From assembly GCA_965222375.1 (NCBI GenBank), contig CBDCTZ010000011.1:192001-256000 (forward strand): a stretch of DNA of 64,000 bases, given 5' to 3'. Each line of letters opens with the position of its first letter. Positions within the stretch are counted from its first letter, which is position 1. The notes beneath the pieces were generated by a model. It worked only from the letters and a program-made list of their open reading frames with translations, was not told the origin of the DNA and did not search any database. Made by a program: the position numbers and the translations under genes. The stretch comes from Polyangiaceae bacterium (GTDB lineage Bacteria > Myxococcota_A > Polyangia > Polyangiales > Polyangiaceae). Below are positions 8,949 to 19,122 of the stretch, in pieces.

Positions 8949-11018
8949 TCAGCGACAGGAGAGTGCGCTGCCCCAGAGTTCGACCCTTCCGGCACCGACC
9001 CGAAAGTGCGCCGCCAAGACTCGGTTCTGGCGCGCGATCAACGCACCCGGTGCATCCGCGACACCCACCGACGAAAGCTCCAGTACCGGTCCCTGGGGCG
9101 ACAGATCACGGGCTAGGGTGCGTCCGCGCAGCCGCTGAGCGCCGGGGGCACCGGCCACCCAGCTCAAGACGTATCCCCGATCGAACGCGATCAAGCTCGG
9201 GTGTCGCTCGGCCTCGGTGCTTGGGGTCTCATCGACGCGTCGTAGCTTGGCCGGGAGCTTTCCGTGGTCCGCTCTTGCCACATAGATGTGTTTCGGTTCG
9301 CCGCGCAGGCCTCCCGCAACGGCCAAGGCGATGGAGTCGTCGTTGCTAGCCAGCACCGGGCGTTCGGCTTCGCGGGGTCCAAGGTCTACGCGCACGAGAG
9401 CCGTTGCACGAGAGCCGTTCGGACCCAACCAGCCGAAGACGGCATCCTTCGAGCTGCTCCCTCGGCGAAAAGCCACTGCGGTACCAATCCGGGGAACTGT
9501 GACGAACTCGGGTTCGCCCATGTCCGAATAGTTGCCTGTCCAAACCAGGCTGGGCTCCCGCCCCGGATCGACTCGGACAATTCCGGCGCGCGTATAGCCG
9601 AGTTTGTAGGGAGGGTTCGCGGGAGCGGTTCGCAACATTCGGATGCGAGGATCCTGTGAGTTGACTACGAAAGTCGCAGGAGAGCGCCCTGGCAAGGGTG
9701 TGACCCGAAGTACGGGGCCCGCCAGAGTGTCGGCGAGCCGGACCTCCGTGGAGAGGTCCTGCGTGTTGACGATCAGACCACGCGCTTCGTTCCGGTCTGC
9801 GGCGACTCCAACCGCGACCAGACCCATCCCCGGCGCGGTCGCCACTTGGGGGCGGACTTGAGGCAGCGCCTGCGCCGACAGCAGTCGCGGTGGCAGTACC
9901 AGGCGGCATCGAGGGGCCGTTGCCGCCATCTCGTTGGTTGTGGCGGCAGCCGCAGCCTTCGGGCGCTTCACCTGAGGTGGGGGCCCGGGCGGTGCGTCTG
10001 TGTCCCGCAGGAGCAGAAAGAGCAGGGCAGCGATCAGTCCGCCGAAGGTCAGAGCGCCGAAGACGCCAACCGCGGCCGCGAGAAGGGTGCGGTCTTTGGT
10101 GACGTCCAGCGGGGAGGGTGACAGGGATGGGTGCGCGGGTCGCGGCGCTCCCGGGGGCGCGATGCTGCCTTTTGGCACGAAAGAGTGCATCTCCGGGCGA
10201 CCGACTTCGACTTCAGGTGCTGGCGGGTGACTTGGCTGCGGCCAGGCGGGCGGAGCGGATTGCTTGGGCGCCTCGGGGAAGGACCCAGGCACCGGCGGCA
10301 TTGGCACCGGTTGCGGCGATACCAAGGTGCTCGCTCGGGGAGGCGCGGAGGCTTCGGTTTCGATCGGCGACAATGCGGCAGAGATCTCGATATCCGCGTC
10401 AGCCTCGCTGGAGCGGCTGAGGCGCATGCTGTCTTGCTTGGGTACCAGGTTGAAGGGCCGGCTCATGGGCGGAACTAGCGGAATGGGTTGAGTCGGTAGT
10501 GGTGGGCTGGGAGGGCGAGGCAGTGTCCAGGCTTCCGCGGAGTCTACCGGCACGAGGTCTGGTGGCGCTTGGTCTGCAAAGCTAGGAAGGCTGCCGCGAC
10601 GCTCTAGGGTCTGTGCGTCATCCAGGAGATCCGGCTCGTTGGTTGCCGGACGGCGCTCCAGCGTCTTGGCGGCGTCGAAACCGGGGCTAGGCCTTGGCAA
10701 TCCGCGCCTGCGAGGCAGAGGGCGAGGGTTGGGCGCCGGTCGACGTTCGAGGGTCCGCGCGTCATCCAGGGATTCCTGTTCGGTCTCGCTGGTTCGTGTC
10801 GTGTAGAAATCCGAGTTCGTGATCTCGCTGAAGCTGGGTGCGCGCTGCTCCAGGGTCTTTGCGTCCGCGCTCGGTTCGCCCGCGAAGTCTGCGATGCCCA
10901 TGATCTGCGCTGGGCCATCGTCGGGCACAAACACGCGTACCGTGGGCCCGTCGTCCACGTCGGCGTCGGAATCGAAGGGCTCCGTGGGCCCATCCCTCTC
11001 GCCGAAGGGTTTTTTCAC
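8949..11018 (-). CDS. Hypothetical single-pass membrane protein with Pro-rich disordered N-terminus
   Basis: 689-aa ORF; one TM segment (LLAAAVGVFGALTFGGLIAALLFLLL); beta-rich C-terminal region. Confidence 0.7.
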   Translation of the reverse strand: MKKPFGERDGPTEPFDSDADVDDGPTVRVFVPDDGPAQIMGIADFAGEPSADAKTLEQRAPSFSEITNSDFYTTRTSETEQESLDDARTLERRPAPNPRPLPRRRGLPRPSPGFDAAKTLERRPATNEPDLLDDAQTLERRGSLPSFADQAPPDLVPVDSAEAWTLPRPPSPPLPTQPIPLVPPMSRPFNLVPKQDSMRLSRSSEADADIEISAALSPIETEASAPPRASTLVSPQPVPMPPVPGSFPEAPKQSAPPAWPQPSHPPAPEVEVGRPEMHSFVPKGSIAPPGAPRPAHPSLSPSPLDVTKDRTLLAAAVGVFGALTFGGLIAALLFLLLRDTDAPPGPPPQVKRPKAAAAATTNEMAATAPRCRLVLPPRLLSAQALPQVRPQVATAPGMGLVAVGVAADRNEARGLIVNTQDLSTEVRLADTLAGPVLRVTPLPGRSPATFVVNSQDPRIRMLRTAPANPPYKLGYTRAGIVRVDPGREPSLVWTGNYSDMGEPEFVTVPRIGTAVAFRRGSSSKDAVFGWLGPNGSRATALVRVDLGPREAERPVLASNDDSIALAVAGGLRGEPKHIYVARADHGKLPAKLRRVDETPSTEAERHPSLIAFDRGYVLSWVAGAPGAQRLRGRTLARDLSPQGPVLELSSVGVADAPGALIARQNRVLAAHFRVGAGRVELWGSALSCR

Positions 11019-11132
11019 GCCTCACAAGGTATCCCTGCTGACCGAAGCTGTCACGGCTTGGGCCCAGAGCGCCAAAAGCTGACGTGCCTGGCGAACTCGG
11101 GGGATGCCTCTCTTGGGGAGTTCAGGCTTTAG

Positions 11133-11999
11133 TTAGCTTCCTTCGCCGGGGGTCTGCAAAGCGGCTGCGGCGGCTTCGGGGCTGAGCGCGCCCTTCAAAA
11201 CCCGCGAAAGCTCCGGTGCATCCACGGCGCGCATGTGGGCCGCGGGCTGTCCGTGGCGCAGGGCAATGAGCTCCGCGAGGATGCTGACGGCAATCTCCTC
11301 TGGGCTGACGGCTCCTAGATCCAAACCGACGGGTGCGTAAACGCGCTCGAGATTCGGAACGGTTGTACGTTGGGCGATGCGTTGCAGGGTTCGGAACACC
11401 TTACGCCGGCTTCCGATCATCCCAATGTAGCGGTGAGGCAGCCTGGCGTAGGTGTCTAGCGCTTCCTCATCGAGCCGGTGGTCGTGAGTGATGATCAAGA
11501 GCCAGTCCGAATCGTTCGGTGCCAGGGCCTTGGCGGCTTCCTTTGGCTCTGCGAGCACATGTGCGCAGCCCGGGAATCGCTTTTCGGTATTCAGTTCTTC
11601 GCGGTCGTCTATCACCGTCACCGCAAAGCCCAGTGTGCTTGCCAGGGCAGCCGTGGGCTGGGCGACGTGGCCGGCGCCGAACACCAGTAGACGCTGGGTG
11701 GCTTCCACGGGTTCGACAAATACCTCCATGGTTCCGCCGCAGCACATCCCGAGATCCCGTGCCAAGTCAAAGCGGTGAAGGCCCGGCCGTCCATCTCGCA
11801 AGCAGGTTTCCAACCGCTCCAAGACCGCCTTCTCCACGGCCCCGCCGCCCACGGTGCCGATCCCTTCGCCGTCAGCGTTGAGCAACAGCCGCGCCCCGGG
11901 GGTCTGAGGGGTCGAGCCGCTGATCCGCACCACCGTTGCCAGCGCGGCGCGCCGGCCTCGGGACAGCGCTTCGAGCAGTGCTTCGGCGACCTTTCGCAT
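11133..11999 (-). CDS. xdhC: Xanthine dehydrogenase accessory protein, XdhC/CoxI family
   Basis: GSTPQTPGA, GTVGGGAVE, LGMCCGGTM, FGAGHVA, YIGMIGSRRK, PEEIAVSI. Confidence 0.93.
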   Translation of the reverse strand: MRKVAEALLEALSRGRRAALATVVRISGSTPQTPGARLLLNADGEGIGTVGGGAVEKAVLERLETCLRDGRPGLHRFDLARDLGMCCGGTMEVFVEPVEATQRLLVFGAGHVAQPTAALASTLGFAVTVIDDREELNTEKRFPGCAHVLAEPKEAAKALAPNDSDWLLIITHDHRLDEEALDTYARLPHRYIGMIGSRRKVFRTLQRIAQRTTVPNLERVYAPVGLDLGAVSPEEIAVSILAELIALRHGQPAAHMRAVDAPELSRVLKGALSPEAAAAALQTPGEGS

Positions 12000-12123
12000 G
12001 CCGACAATTGTGCCATCCGGGGCCGGTTTGTGACGACCGCCGCCAAGTCCGAGCCGAACTGGTGGTGCTTATGCGGGTGCCATTCGAGTTGACAGTTGCT
12101 GCCTCTTGCCGGTAAATCATTGA

Positions 12124-15100
12124 ATGGAGGCGCGTTCCCAGCTGTCACCTTTGTTGACAGATCCCTCCGCCCTGCACCCCAAGCGGGGGCCAGCGGCTGA
12201 GGGCGCGACCTCGATGGTGTTCCGGATCCGCCACGGCGGCGTCAACGTGGCGCTGAAGGTTGCCAAGGGTGCAGAGCACGATAGGCGCCTAATTGCGGAA
12301 GCGCGGCGGCTCTTGCTCTCGCGCTGTTCGGCGTTGCCTCGCTTGCTAGATGTCGGACGCATCCCTACAGATCGATCCGGGTTGACGGCGGGTCGCGCGT
12401 TCATTGCCCTCGAATGGTGTGATGGCGAACAATCGACTCGCGCCGGGCGGGCGACAGCCAAGCAACGCTTGCGAACTGCGTTGATCGTCGCACGCGACAT
12501 CGCCAGCGCCCTCGACGACCTACACGCCCTGGGCGTCAGCCACGGGGACGTCAAGCCTGACAATGTCCTCTTCGATGCCAAGAAAGAACAGGCAACCCTG
12601 ATTGATCTCGGGCTCGCTGGGCCACTTTCCGTCGTGACGCCCACCGGTGGAACGCCACGGTACTTGCCCCCCGAAACCACTTCGGGAACCGGAGACGGGC
12701 GCGCCCGGGATCTATACGCGTTGGGCATGACCCTCGCGGAAGTCGTGAACCCGGAGTTGCAGGGGTCTCGCATAGCTGCATCTCACGTGGCGAAGTTGCC
12801 GTCAGCGATTCGCGACGTCGTGGCGGCGCTCCTTTCCGTCGCCCCCGCCGCGCGTCCCTCTGCGGACTGGGTAGTGCGGCAGGCGAGTGCGCGGCTGGGG
12901 GCCGGCTCGCAGGAAACTCCGGAGCAATGGGTGACCCGCGCGTATCTTTCCACTCGCAAACGCGACGTCTGGCAGGCCGCTCGCTACGAGGTGTCGTCGA
13001 TCCGGTTCGAGGGAAAGCCCGCAGCATGGCTCAAGGAGGCGATCGAGCTAGGGCAGCGAATTCAGCGTGTTTCTGGAGGAGTGCGGGACGAATCGGGCCC
13101 GCTGCTGCAACCCCTTGATGCTTTGGGCAGGCGTCGTTTTTTGGTTCAGCTAGCGGGGCCGCAGGCGGTCGATTGGCCCGCCCCGGACGCGCCCACCGAC
13201 GAGAGCTTGTGCGAGGACTTGCTGGCTAGCTTGGCTCACACTCAGCCGCGAGCGCTCACCTATGCGGCGCTGCGTCATCGCGGCCAGGGCGACACGTCCA
13301 AGTTGCAGGACTCGGCGTACTTGGCGCTTCGCATTGGCGCTGGTGCGGCAGGGCAAGTGGAACTCGATGCAGCGGAGGATGCCTTGCCCGCTCAGCCTAC
13401 CGATACGCTGGCGCTGGCGTTGTCTCGAGCCCTCCGCTTGCGTGGGGAGCTCGGCCGCTCCATGGCAGTGCTGACACCTCTGAAGTCTCCCCTTGCCGAT
13501 CTAGAGCGCGCAGAAACCCTGCGTCGAGCCCGCGACTGGGACACTTCCCTATCGGTGTTGGATTCTCTAGGCGCCACCGGCGTCAGCCCGACGGAGCAAA
13601 TGCGCGGTCGGGCGATTCGAGCTCGCATCGAGTTGGACCGAGGTCGAGTGGATTCGGCGCGAAGCGTGCTCGGCAAAGAGCAAGACTCGAGTGAAGAAGT
13701 GCTGGAGGTGCGTGCGTTGCTGGAGGTGCGTGCCGGGAAGTTCGAGCAAGCGCGGTGGCACGCACAAGCCGGCCTTGCTACCGCGCACACGGCGGAGAGC
13801 CGCGCGCGGCTCTCTGCCGTGTTGGGGTACGTGACGCACGCGGAGGGGCGGCCGGACCTGGCCATCGACCACTTTGCTCAGTCCGTGAGTCAAGCGTCGC
13901 GAGCCGGGGCGGTGTTGGAAGAGGCAACCTATCTGACCGGTCTGGCCGCCGCGGCGGTGGACGCAGGAAACGCGGACCGGGCGCTGTATGCGTCGGAGCG
14001 TGGTGCCCTGCTATTCGAGGCCTTGGGGCGCGATTCCGAGGCGGCCCGGGCTCACTTGGCTCGGGGGAGCCTGCTCTCGACCCTCGGCGCGTCCACGGAA
14101 GCGACGGAGGCTGCCAACGAAACCCTCTCTCGCGCGCGGGACGCGGGTGATGATCTATGCCGCGCCTACGCGCACCTCTGCCTGGCCGACATCACCCTGG
14201 GAACCCCAGACGAAGTCGAACACGCCGAGCGCGCCCATACACTGCTGCCCGAACAGAGCGACGACGATGCACTGCGGATCGCAAGCCGCCGATGGCGCGC
14301 GGGAGTGCTGCCCGAAGACGAGCTGGCGACTTGGGACGAGCGGGCCGCGTCCTTGCAGCGAGCACTGGACGCACGCTTGGATTGGTGGGGCGCGCGCGCC
14401 GCTGTGGAGAGCACGCGTGCCGAGACAAGGCGCGCGGACGTAATCTTCTCGGAGCTGACTGCCCTCGTGGCTACCCCCGCACCGGTCGCCGCCCTGGGCC
14501 GAGCTGCGGCCAACGCTGCGCGCTTGGCCGCACGGCTCTCGGATGGTGAGCGCACTCGCCGTTTCGCGCGCGCCGCGCGCCGCGCCCTGGACATATTGAA
14601 GCAACACGCGCCACCGGAATTGGCGCTTCGGGTCGAAGCAGCTCCCTGGTGGCAGGTCGTTCCCCCTGCTCCAGAAGCGGAGCTGGCCCCGGAACAAATC
14701 GCTGCGGTGGAGAACCTGGTTCGGGCACTGGCCGGACGCGAGCGCCTGCGCCCGCTGCTGGATCAGGTGCTCGATGCGCTCGTACTCTGGACGGGTGTAG
14801 AGCGCGGGCTCTTGTTGCTCAAGGCTCCAGGCGGGCGTCTGGTGCCCCGGGCCGCTCGCAACTTGGCTCGGGGAGATCTGGTTGGAGAACAGCTTGCGCT
14901 CAGCACCTCCCTGTCGGAGCGAGCTCTGGAACAAGGCGAGCCCGTCGTGGCCGTGGACGCAGCCGGCGAACTGTCGCAGGTGCATCAGAGCGTGCATGCA
15001 CTGAAGTTGCGCAGCGTGCTTGCGGTGCCACTGATCGCTCGCGGTGAGGCTCTTGGGGTGGTCTACCTGGACGATCGGGTGCGTCGGGGCGCCTTTGGCG

Positions 15101-16335
15101 TCCGCGAGTTGGGTTGGGTTCGGCTCGTCGCAAGCCTGGCCGCACTGGCTATCGCCGACGCGCGAGATCAACTGCTGCTACGTCGCACCGCACGGCGAGC
15201 TCAGCGCGCCGAGGCCCGACTGGCGTCTCGCTTGGCTCGCAGCGAGGCACAGCTGGAAGTCGTGAGCCGAGAGCTGTCCAGTCACCGTGACAACTCACAC
15301 CCGAGCATTGTGGGCGAGAGTGTGGCGATCCGAAAGCTGCTCGACTTGATGAAGCGGGTCGCGCGTTCAGACGTGCCCGTTCTCATCAACGGCGAGTCCG
15401 GCAGCGGCAAGGAACTGGTCGCGCGGGGCATTCACGACGAGTCGCCGCGACGGGAGCGGCCCTTCGTCAGCGAGAACTGCGGCGCCATTCCAGAGCCCTT
15501 ACTGGAAGCGACACTTTTCGGTCACGTCAAGGGAGCGTTCACTGGCGCGGTGCGTGGGCGCGCCGGGCTGTTCGAAGTGGCTGATGGGGGCACCCTCTTC
15601 TTGGACGAGATCGGAGAGATGAGCCCGCCCATGCAGACCAAATTGCTTCGGGTCTTCGAGGACGGCGAAGTGCGTCCAGTTGGCAGCGAATTTGTTCGCA
15701 AAGTGAACGTGCGGATCATCGGTGCCACTCATCGCGATCTGCGCGAACTGGTGCAGGCGGGGCACTTTCGGGAAGATCTGCTGTTCCGATTGGATGTCGT
15801 CAGCTTGCGTGTCCCACCGCTTCGGGAGCGACGCGATGACATTCCACGCCTTGCCGCCCACTTCATGGCAAAGCATGGCCAGCAGCGCCAAGTCACCGTA
15901 TCCGCTCAGGCCGCCGAGGCGCTGGGCGCCTTCGGCTGGCCAGGAAATGTTCGTCAGCTCGAAAACGAAATCCGACGAGCGCTGGTTTTCTGTGACGATG
16001 TGGTGGAGCTAGCGCACCTCTCGGAAGAGATCCGCTCCACGGAGACAGGTGGCTCGGCTAGTCACTTCGACTTGAAGGCACGCCTCGACGCTCTGACCCG
16101 AGAATTGGTCGTCGAAGCGATGGGAAAAACCGAAGACAATCAGACTAAAGCAGCGGAATTGTTGGGAATTTCTAGGTTCGGGCTTTCCAAGATGCTGCAC
16201 CGCCTGGAGATCGATTCCCAGCTGCGAACTTTACCTGAACCCGCCGTACGGCTAAGTCGAACGCCCCGAAGGCATGCACGACCTGATGCCTCCAGCCGAA
16301 CCTCACGCTCCAAACGATCTAGACGGGACCGCTGA
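12124..16335 (+). CDS. Ser/Thr kinase-TPR-like-GAF-sigma54 AAA+-HTH enhancer-binding protein
   Basis: VALK, HGDVKPDN, DLG, GTPRYLPPE; GAF-like RSVLAVPL; GESGSGKE, GAFTGA, LFLDEIGE, WPGNVRQL; Fis-type HTH NQTKAAELLGISR. Confidence 0.92.
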   Translation: MEARSQLSPLLTDPSALHPKRGPAAEGATSMVFRIRHGGVNVALKVAKGAEHDRRLIAEARRLLLSRCSALPRLLDVGRIPTDRSGLTAGRAFIALEWCDGEQSTRAGRATAKQRLRTALIVARDIASALDDLHALGVSHGDVKPDNVLFDAKKEQATLIDLGLAGPLSVVTPTGGTPRYLPPETTSGTGDGRARDLYALGMTLAEVVNPELQGSRIAASHVAKLPSAIRDVVAALLSVAPAARPSADWVVRQASARLGAGSQETPEQWVTRAYLSTRKRDVWQAARYEVSSIRFEGKPAAWLKEAIELGQRIQRVSGGVRDESGPLLQPLDALGRRRFLVQLAGPQAVDWPAPDAPTDESLCEDLLASLAHTQPRALTYAALRHRGQGDTSKLQDSAYLALRIGAGAAGQVELDAAEDALPAQPTDTLALALSRALRLRGELGRSMAVLTPLKSPLADLERAETLRRARDWDTSLSVLDSLGATGVSPTEQMRGRAIRARIELDRGRVDSARSVLGKEQDSSEEVLEVRALLEVRAGKFEQARWHAQAGLATAHTAESRARLSAVLGYVTHAEGRPDLAIDHFAQSVSQASRAGAVLEEATYLTGLAAAAVDAGNADRALYASERGALLFEALGRDSEAARAHLARGSLLSTLGASTEATEAANETLSRARDAGDDLCRAYAHLCLADITLGTPDEVEHAERAHTLLPEQSDDDALRIASRRWRAGVLPEDELATWDERAASLQRALDARLDWWGARAAVESTRAETRRADVIFSELTALVATPAPVAALGRAAANAARLAARLSDGERTRRFARAARRALDILKQHAPPELALRVEAAPWWQVVPPAPEAELAPEQIAAVENLVRALAGRERLRPLLDQVLDALVLWTGVERGLLLLKAPGGRLVPRAARNLARGDLVGEQLALSTSLSERALEQGEPVVAVDAAGELSQVHQSVHALKLRSVLAVPLIARGEALGVVYLDDRVRRGAFGVRELGWVRLVASLAALAIADARDQLLLRRTARRAQRAEARLASRLARSEAQLEVVSRELSSHRDNSHPSIVGESVAIRKLLDLMKRVARSDVPVLINGESGSGKELVARGIHDESPRRERPFVSENCGAIPEPLLEATLFGHVKGAFTGAVRGRAGLFEVADGGTLFLDEIGEMSPPMQTKLLRVFEDGEVRPVGSEFVRKVNVRIIGATHRDLRELVQAGHFREDLLFRLDVVSLRVPPLRERRDDIPRLAAHFMAKHGQQRQVTVSAQAAEALGAFGWPGNVRQLENEIRRALVFCDDVVELAHLSEEIRSTETGGSASHFDLKARLDALTRELVVEAMGKTEDNQTKAAELLGISRFGLSKMLHRLEIDSQLRTLPEPAVRLSRTPRRHARPDASSRTSRSKRSRRDR

Positions 16336-16339
16336 ACCC

Positions 16340-17200
16340 GTGTCGCCGAAGAGGGATCCGAACCGGCGCGCGCTCGCACGCCCTGTCTTGAAGTGGGCCG
16401 GGGGCAAGACCCAATTGTTGGATCGCGTCATGGCGCGGCTGCCGCAGCGCATCCAGACTTACTACGAACCCTTCATCGGCGGAGGCGCTGTGTTCTTTGC
16501 GCTCGCCGCGCAAAGGCGCTTCGAACACGCGGTGCTTTCCGACACGAACGAGGATTTGCTTTGTGTGTACCGCGCAATTCAAACAGACGTGAGCGCGCTG
16601 ATCCGGGCGCTGGGCCGACTCGCCAAGGCTCACAGCGAAGAGCACTTCTATGCGGTGCGCGCCAAGAAGCCTCGCAGCTTGGTGCAGCGCGCGGCGCGAA
16701 TGATCTATCTTAACAAGACTGGCTACAACGGTTTGTATCGGGTGAACCGCAGTGGTCAGTTCAACGTGCCTTTTGGACGCTACTCCAAGCCGAGGATCCT
16801 CGATGAAACCGGTCTGCGCGCCGCGGCGCACGCCTTGCAGCGAGTTCAGCTGACGACTTCGGATTTCGAGGAGAGTTGCAGCAAGGCTCGGCGCGGAGAC
16901 GCTGTCTACTTCGACCCGCCGTACATGCCCGTGTCGAAGACCTCGAGCTTCACAGCCTACGACCGTCACCCCTTCGATCTCGGCGAGCACGAACGGCTGG
17001 CCCGGGTGTTTGGAGCTCTCGGACGCCGGGGCGTGCCTGCGGTGCTGTCCAACTCCCTGACCGAGGAAACATCCGCTCTGTACAGCTCATTTCGCCATGA
17101 AATCGTGCAGGTCACCCGCCCCATCAACTGCAAGGCTGGCGGGCGCGGGCGCATTCCGGAGCTGTTGGTTACGAACCGCGTTTCCCGGCGACACGCCTGA
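16340..17200 (+). CDS. Dam/D12-class N6-adenine DNA methyltransferase (orphan in this window)
   Basis: LKWAGGK, YEPFIGGGAV, YNGLYRVN..G.FNVPFG, DPPY; start uncertain (GTG 16340 or ATG 16274). Confidence 0.9.
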   Translation: MSPKRDPNRRALARPVLKWAGGKTQLLDRVMARLPQRIQTYYEPFIGGGAVFFALAAQRRFEHAVLSDTNEDLLCVYRAIQTDVSALIRALGRLAKAHSEEHFYAVRAKKPRSLVQRAARMIYLNKTGYNGLYRVNRSGQFNVPFGRYSKPRILDETGLRAAAHALQRVQLTTSDFEESCSKARRGDAVYFDPPYMPVSKTSSFTAYDRHPFDLGEHERLARVFGALGRRGVPAVLSNSLTEETSALYSSFRHEIVQVTRPINCKAGGRGRIPELLVTNRVSRRHA

Positions 17201-17208
17201 CGCGGGCT

Positions 17209-18945
17209 CTAGGCCGCCCGCCCGGTGTCTTCCTCGAGCTCTCGAAACATCGGCTGCAGCTCCTTCTTCTTGCGGAGGGGGGCACAGAACCGCGTCGCGA
17301 GCTCCAGCAGTTCTGCTTCGAGCATGTCTGCTTGGTCGCCCATCTCGCTGACGCTTGCCTGAGTTTCTGTGGTTTCGCGTTCGATGGCTTCCTCGTGCCG
17401 AGACAGTGCAGCGCGGAGTTCTTTGATCTGAAACTCAATGTCGTCCACCTCAGCGCGGCACTTGTTTGCTTCGGCTTCGGCGTCCGTGAACACTGTGTAC
17501 GCCGCTAGCCAAGCGTCGACGCGGTCCGCCACAGTGCGATAGGCCGCCGAAAGCAGGGCGTAGGGTACCGCGAATCCAGAGCGCCCTTCCCACAACATGA
17601 TGACCTTGTGAGCCTCCAACACGGCCTGTTTGTGCTGGTCCAGATCTCCTTGCACACCGTCCGCGGCACTCTGGGCGTTCTTGGCTTCGTCCCGTGCGCG
17701 GCTGGCGTCTACGCCCAGGGCGTGCACGGCATGTCCGAAACGTTGGCGGCCGTCTCTGCCGCGACCTTCAACTGTTTCCAGGTGGCGCTGCTGTGCCATG
17801 CTCTTGCTGCGCAGCCGCGTCACTTCGCGTACCAGGTTTTTCACCTGCTCAAGCAAGTTCACGAGTTCTGGCGGGCGTGCAGCATCGAATGCCGTAGCCA
17901 GCATTTGCTCGAAAACCTTGGTTCGCCTTACCCATCGATCCAGGGCCACGGGTGGCAGCGTCTTGGCGGGTCCACGTGAGCTTTCGACCTCTTCTCGCGG
18001 TTCCTCGGGGACTCGCACGCCGAGGGCTCCGGCGATGGCTGTCAGATCGGCGGCCACACGATGGGCGTCCACCGGTCGCTCCTCAGGAGTCTTGGCCATT
18101 AGCTCCAGGGCCAGGGTGTCGAGTTCTCTTGGTACTGACGGGTCGAGCGCACGCATGGAAGGAGCAGGCTCCTTCAGATGTTTCACGAAGTAGGAGGCCA
18201 CATCCGGGGCCTCGAAGGGTAGGCGGCCGGTGATCATCTCGTACAGCATGATGCCGACGGCGTAGAGATCCGCGGAGGGGCCCGCATCGATGGTCGTGAT
18301 GCGCTCCGGCGCCATGTATTGGGGAGTACCGAAGACTTCTCCCGAGCCTGTCAACCGTGGGTCCGCCATGGAGCGGGCGATCCCGAAGTCGAGCAGTACC
18401 GCGCGTTCTCCCACCACCTCGTCTGCGGCGAGAAAGATATTCTCCGGTTTGAGATCTCGGTGGATGACCTCCAGATCGTGCGCGCGGGCGAGGGCGCGCG
18501 CCACTTGAATCAGGATGGGTAGCGTACGTTCCACGGGAACCGCCCCCTCGTCCAGCAGATCTGCCAGGGTCTGCCCCTCGAGCAGCTCCATGACCAGGTA
18601 GAGGCAGCCGTCCGTGGTTTCCCCCTGATCGAAGATCTCGATGATATTGGGATGCGCGAGTTTCTGTGCGGCCTTGGCTTCTCGTCGGAAGCGCTCGCGG
18701 ATGACTTCATTCCCCGCGTAGCTCTGGCTCATGATCTTGACTGCACAAGACCGATCGACCAGGCGATGGGTTGCGCGGTAGACCGTGGCCATCCCCCCTT
18801 CGCCCAGCACTGCCTCCACCACGTAGCGCCCGCCCAGAGTGGTGCCGATTCGTGGGTCCTGAATCGCCACGAGCTTGGACCCGTCGACAAAACACGCGGT
18901 CTTGTCACTGGGGTACTTCAGGTTGCACTGGGGGCAGGCCTTCAT
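17209..18945 (-). CDS. Ser/Thr protein kinase with N-terminal zinc-ribbon-like segment and C-terminal coiled coil
   Basis: MKACPQC..CFVDG; LGEGGMATVY, HRDLKPEN, DFG, GTPQYMAPE. Confidence 0.93.
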   Translation of the reverse strand: MKACPQCNLKYPSDKTACFVDGSKLVAIQDPRIGTTLGGRYVVEAVLGEGGMATVYRATHRLVDRSCAVKIMSQSYAGNEVIRERFRREAKAAQKLAHPNIIEIFDQGETTDGCLYLVMELLEGQTLADLLDEGAVPVERTLPILIQVARALARAHDLEVIHRDLKPENIFLAADEVVGERAVLLDFGIARSMADPRLTGSGEVFGTPQYMAPERITTIDAGPSADLYAVGIMLYEMITGRLPFEAPDVASYFVKHLKEPAPSMRALDPSVPRELDTLALELMAKTPEERPVDAHRVAADLTAIAGALGVRVPEEPREEVESSRGPAKTLPPVALDRWVRRTKVFEQMLATAFDAARPPELVNLLEQVKNLVREVTRLRSKSMAQQRHLETVEGRGRDGRQRFGHAVHALGVDASRARDEAKNAQSAADGVQGDLDQHKQAVLEAHKVIMLWEGRSGFAVPYALLSAAYRTVADRVDAWLAAYTVFTDAEAEANKCRAEVDDIEFQIKELRAALSRHEEAIERETTETQASVSEMGDQADMLEAELLELATRFCAPLRKKKELQPMFRELEEDTGRAA

Positions 18946-19122
18946 TGCGGCTTGGTTGCATCCTCCGGCAGCCGCCCGGCACTTTCCAGGGAAAGTCCCA
19001 GGACCGGGCCAAAAAGTGCTACGGGCCCAGATTTCCGGCGCAAGGCGCCCATCTTTGGCTCCATCTGCTTGGCATTTTTCCATCTGGGCGCGGCCGTGCT
19101 AAGCGAAAAACCGAAAATCGTC

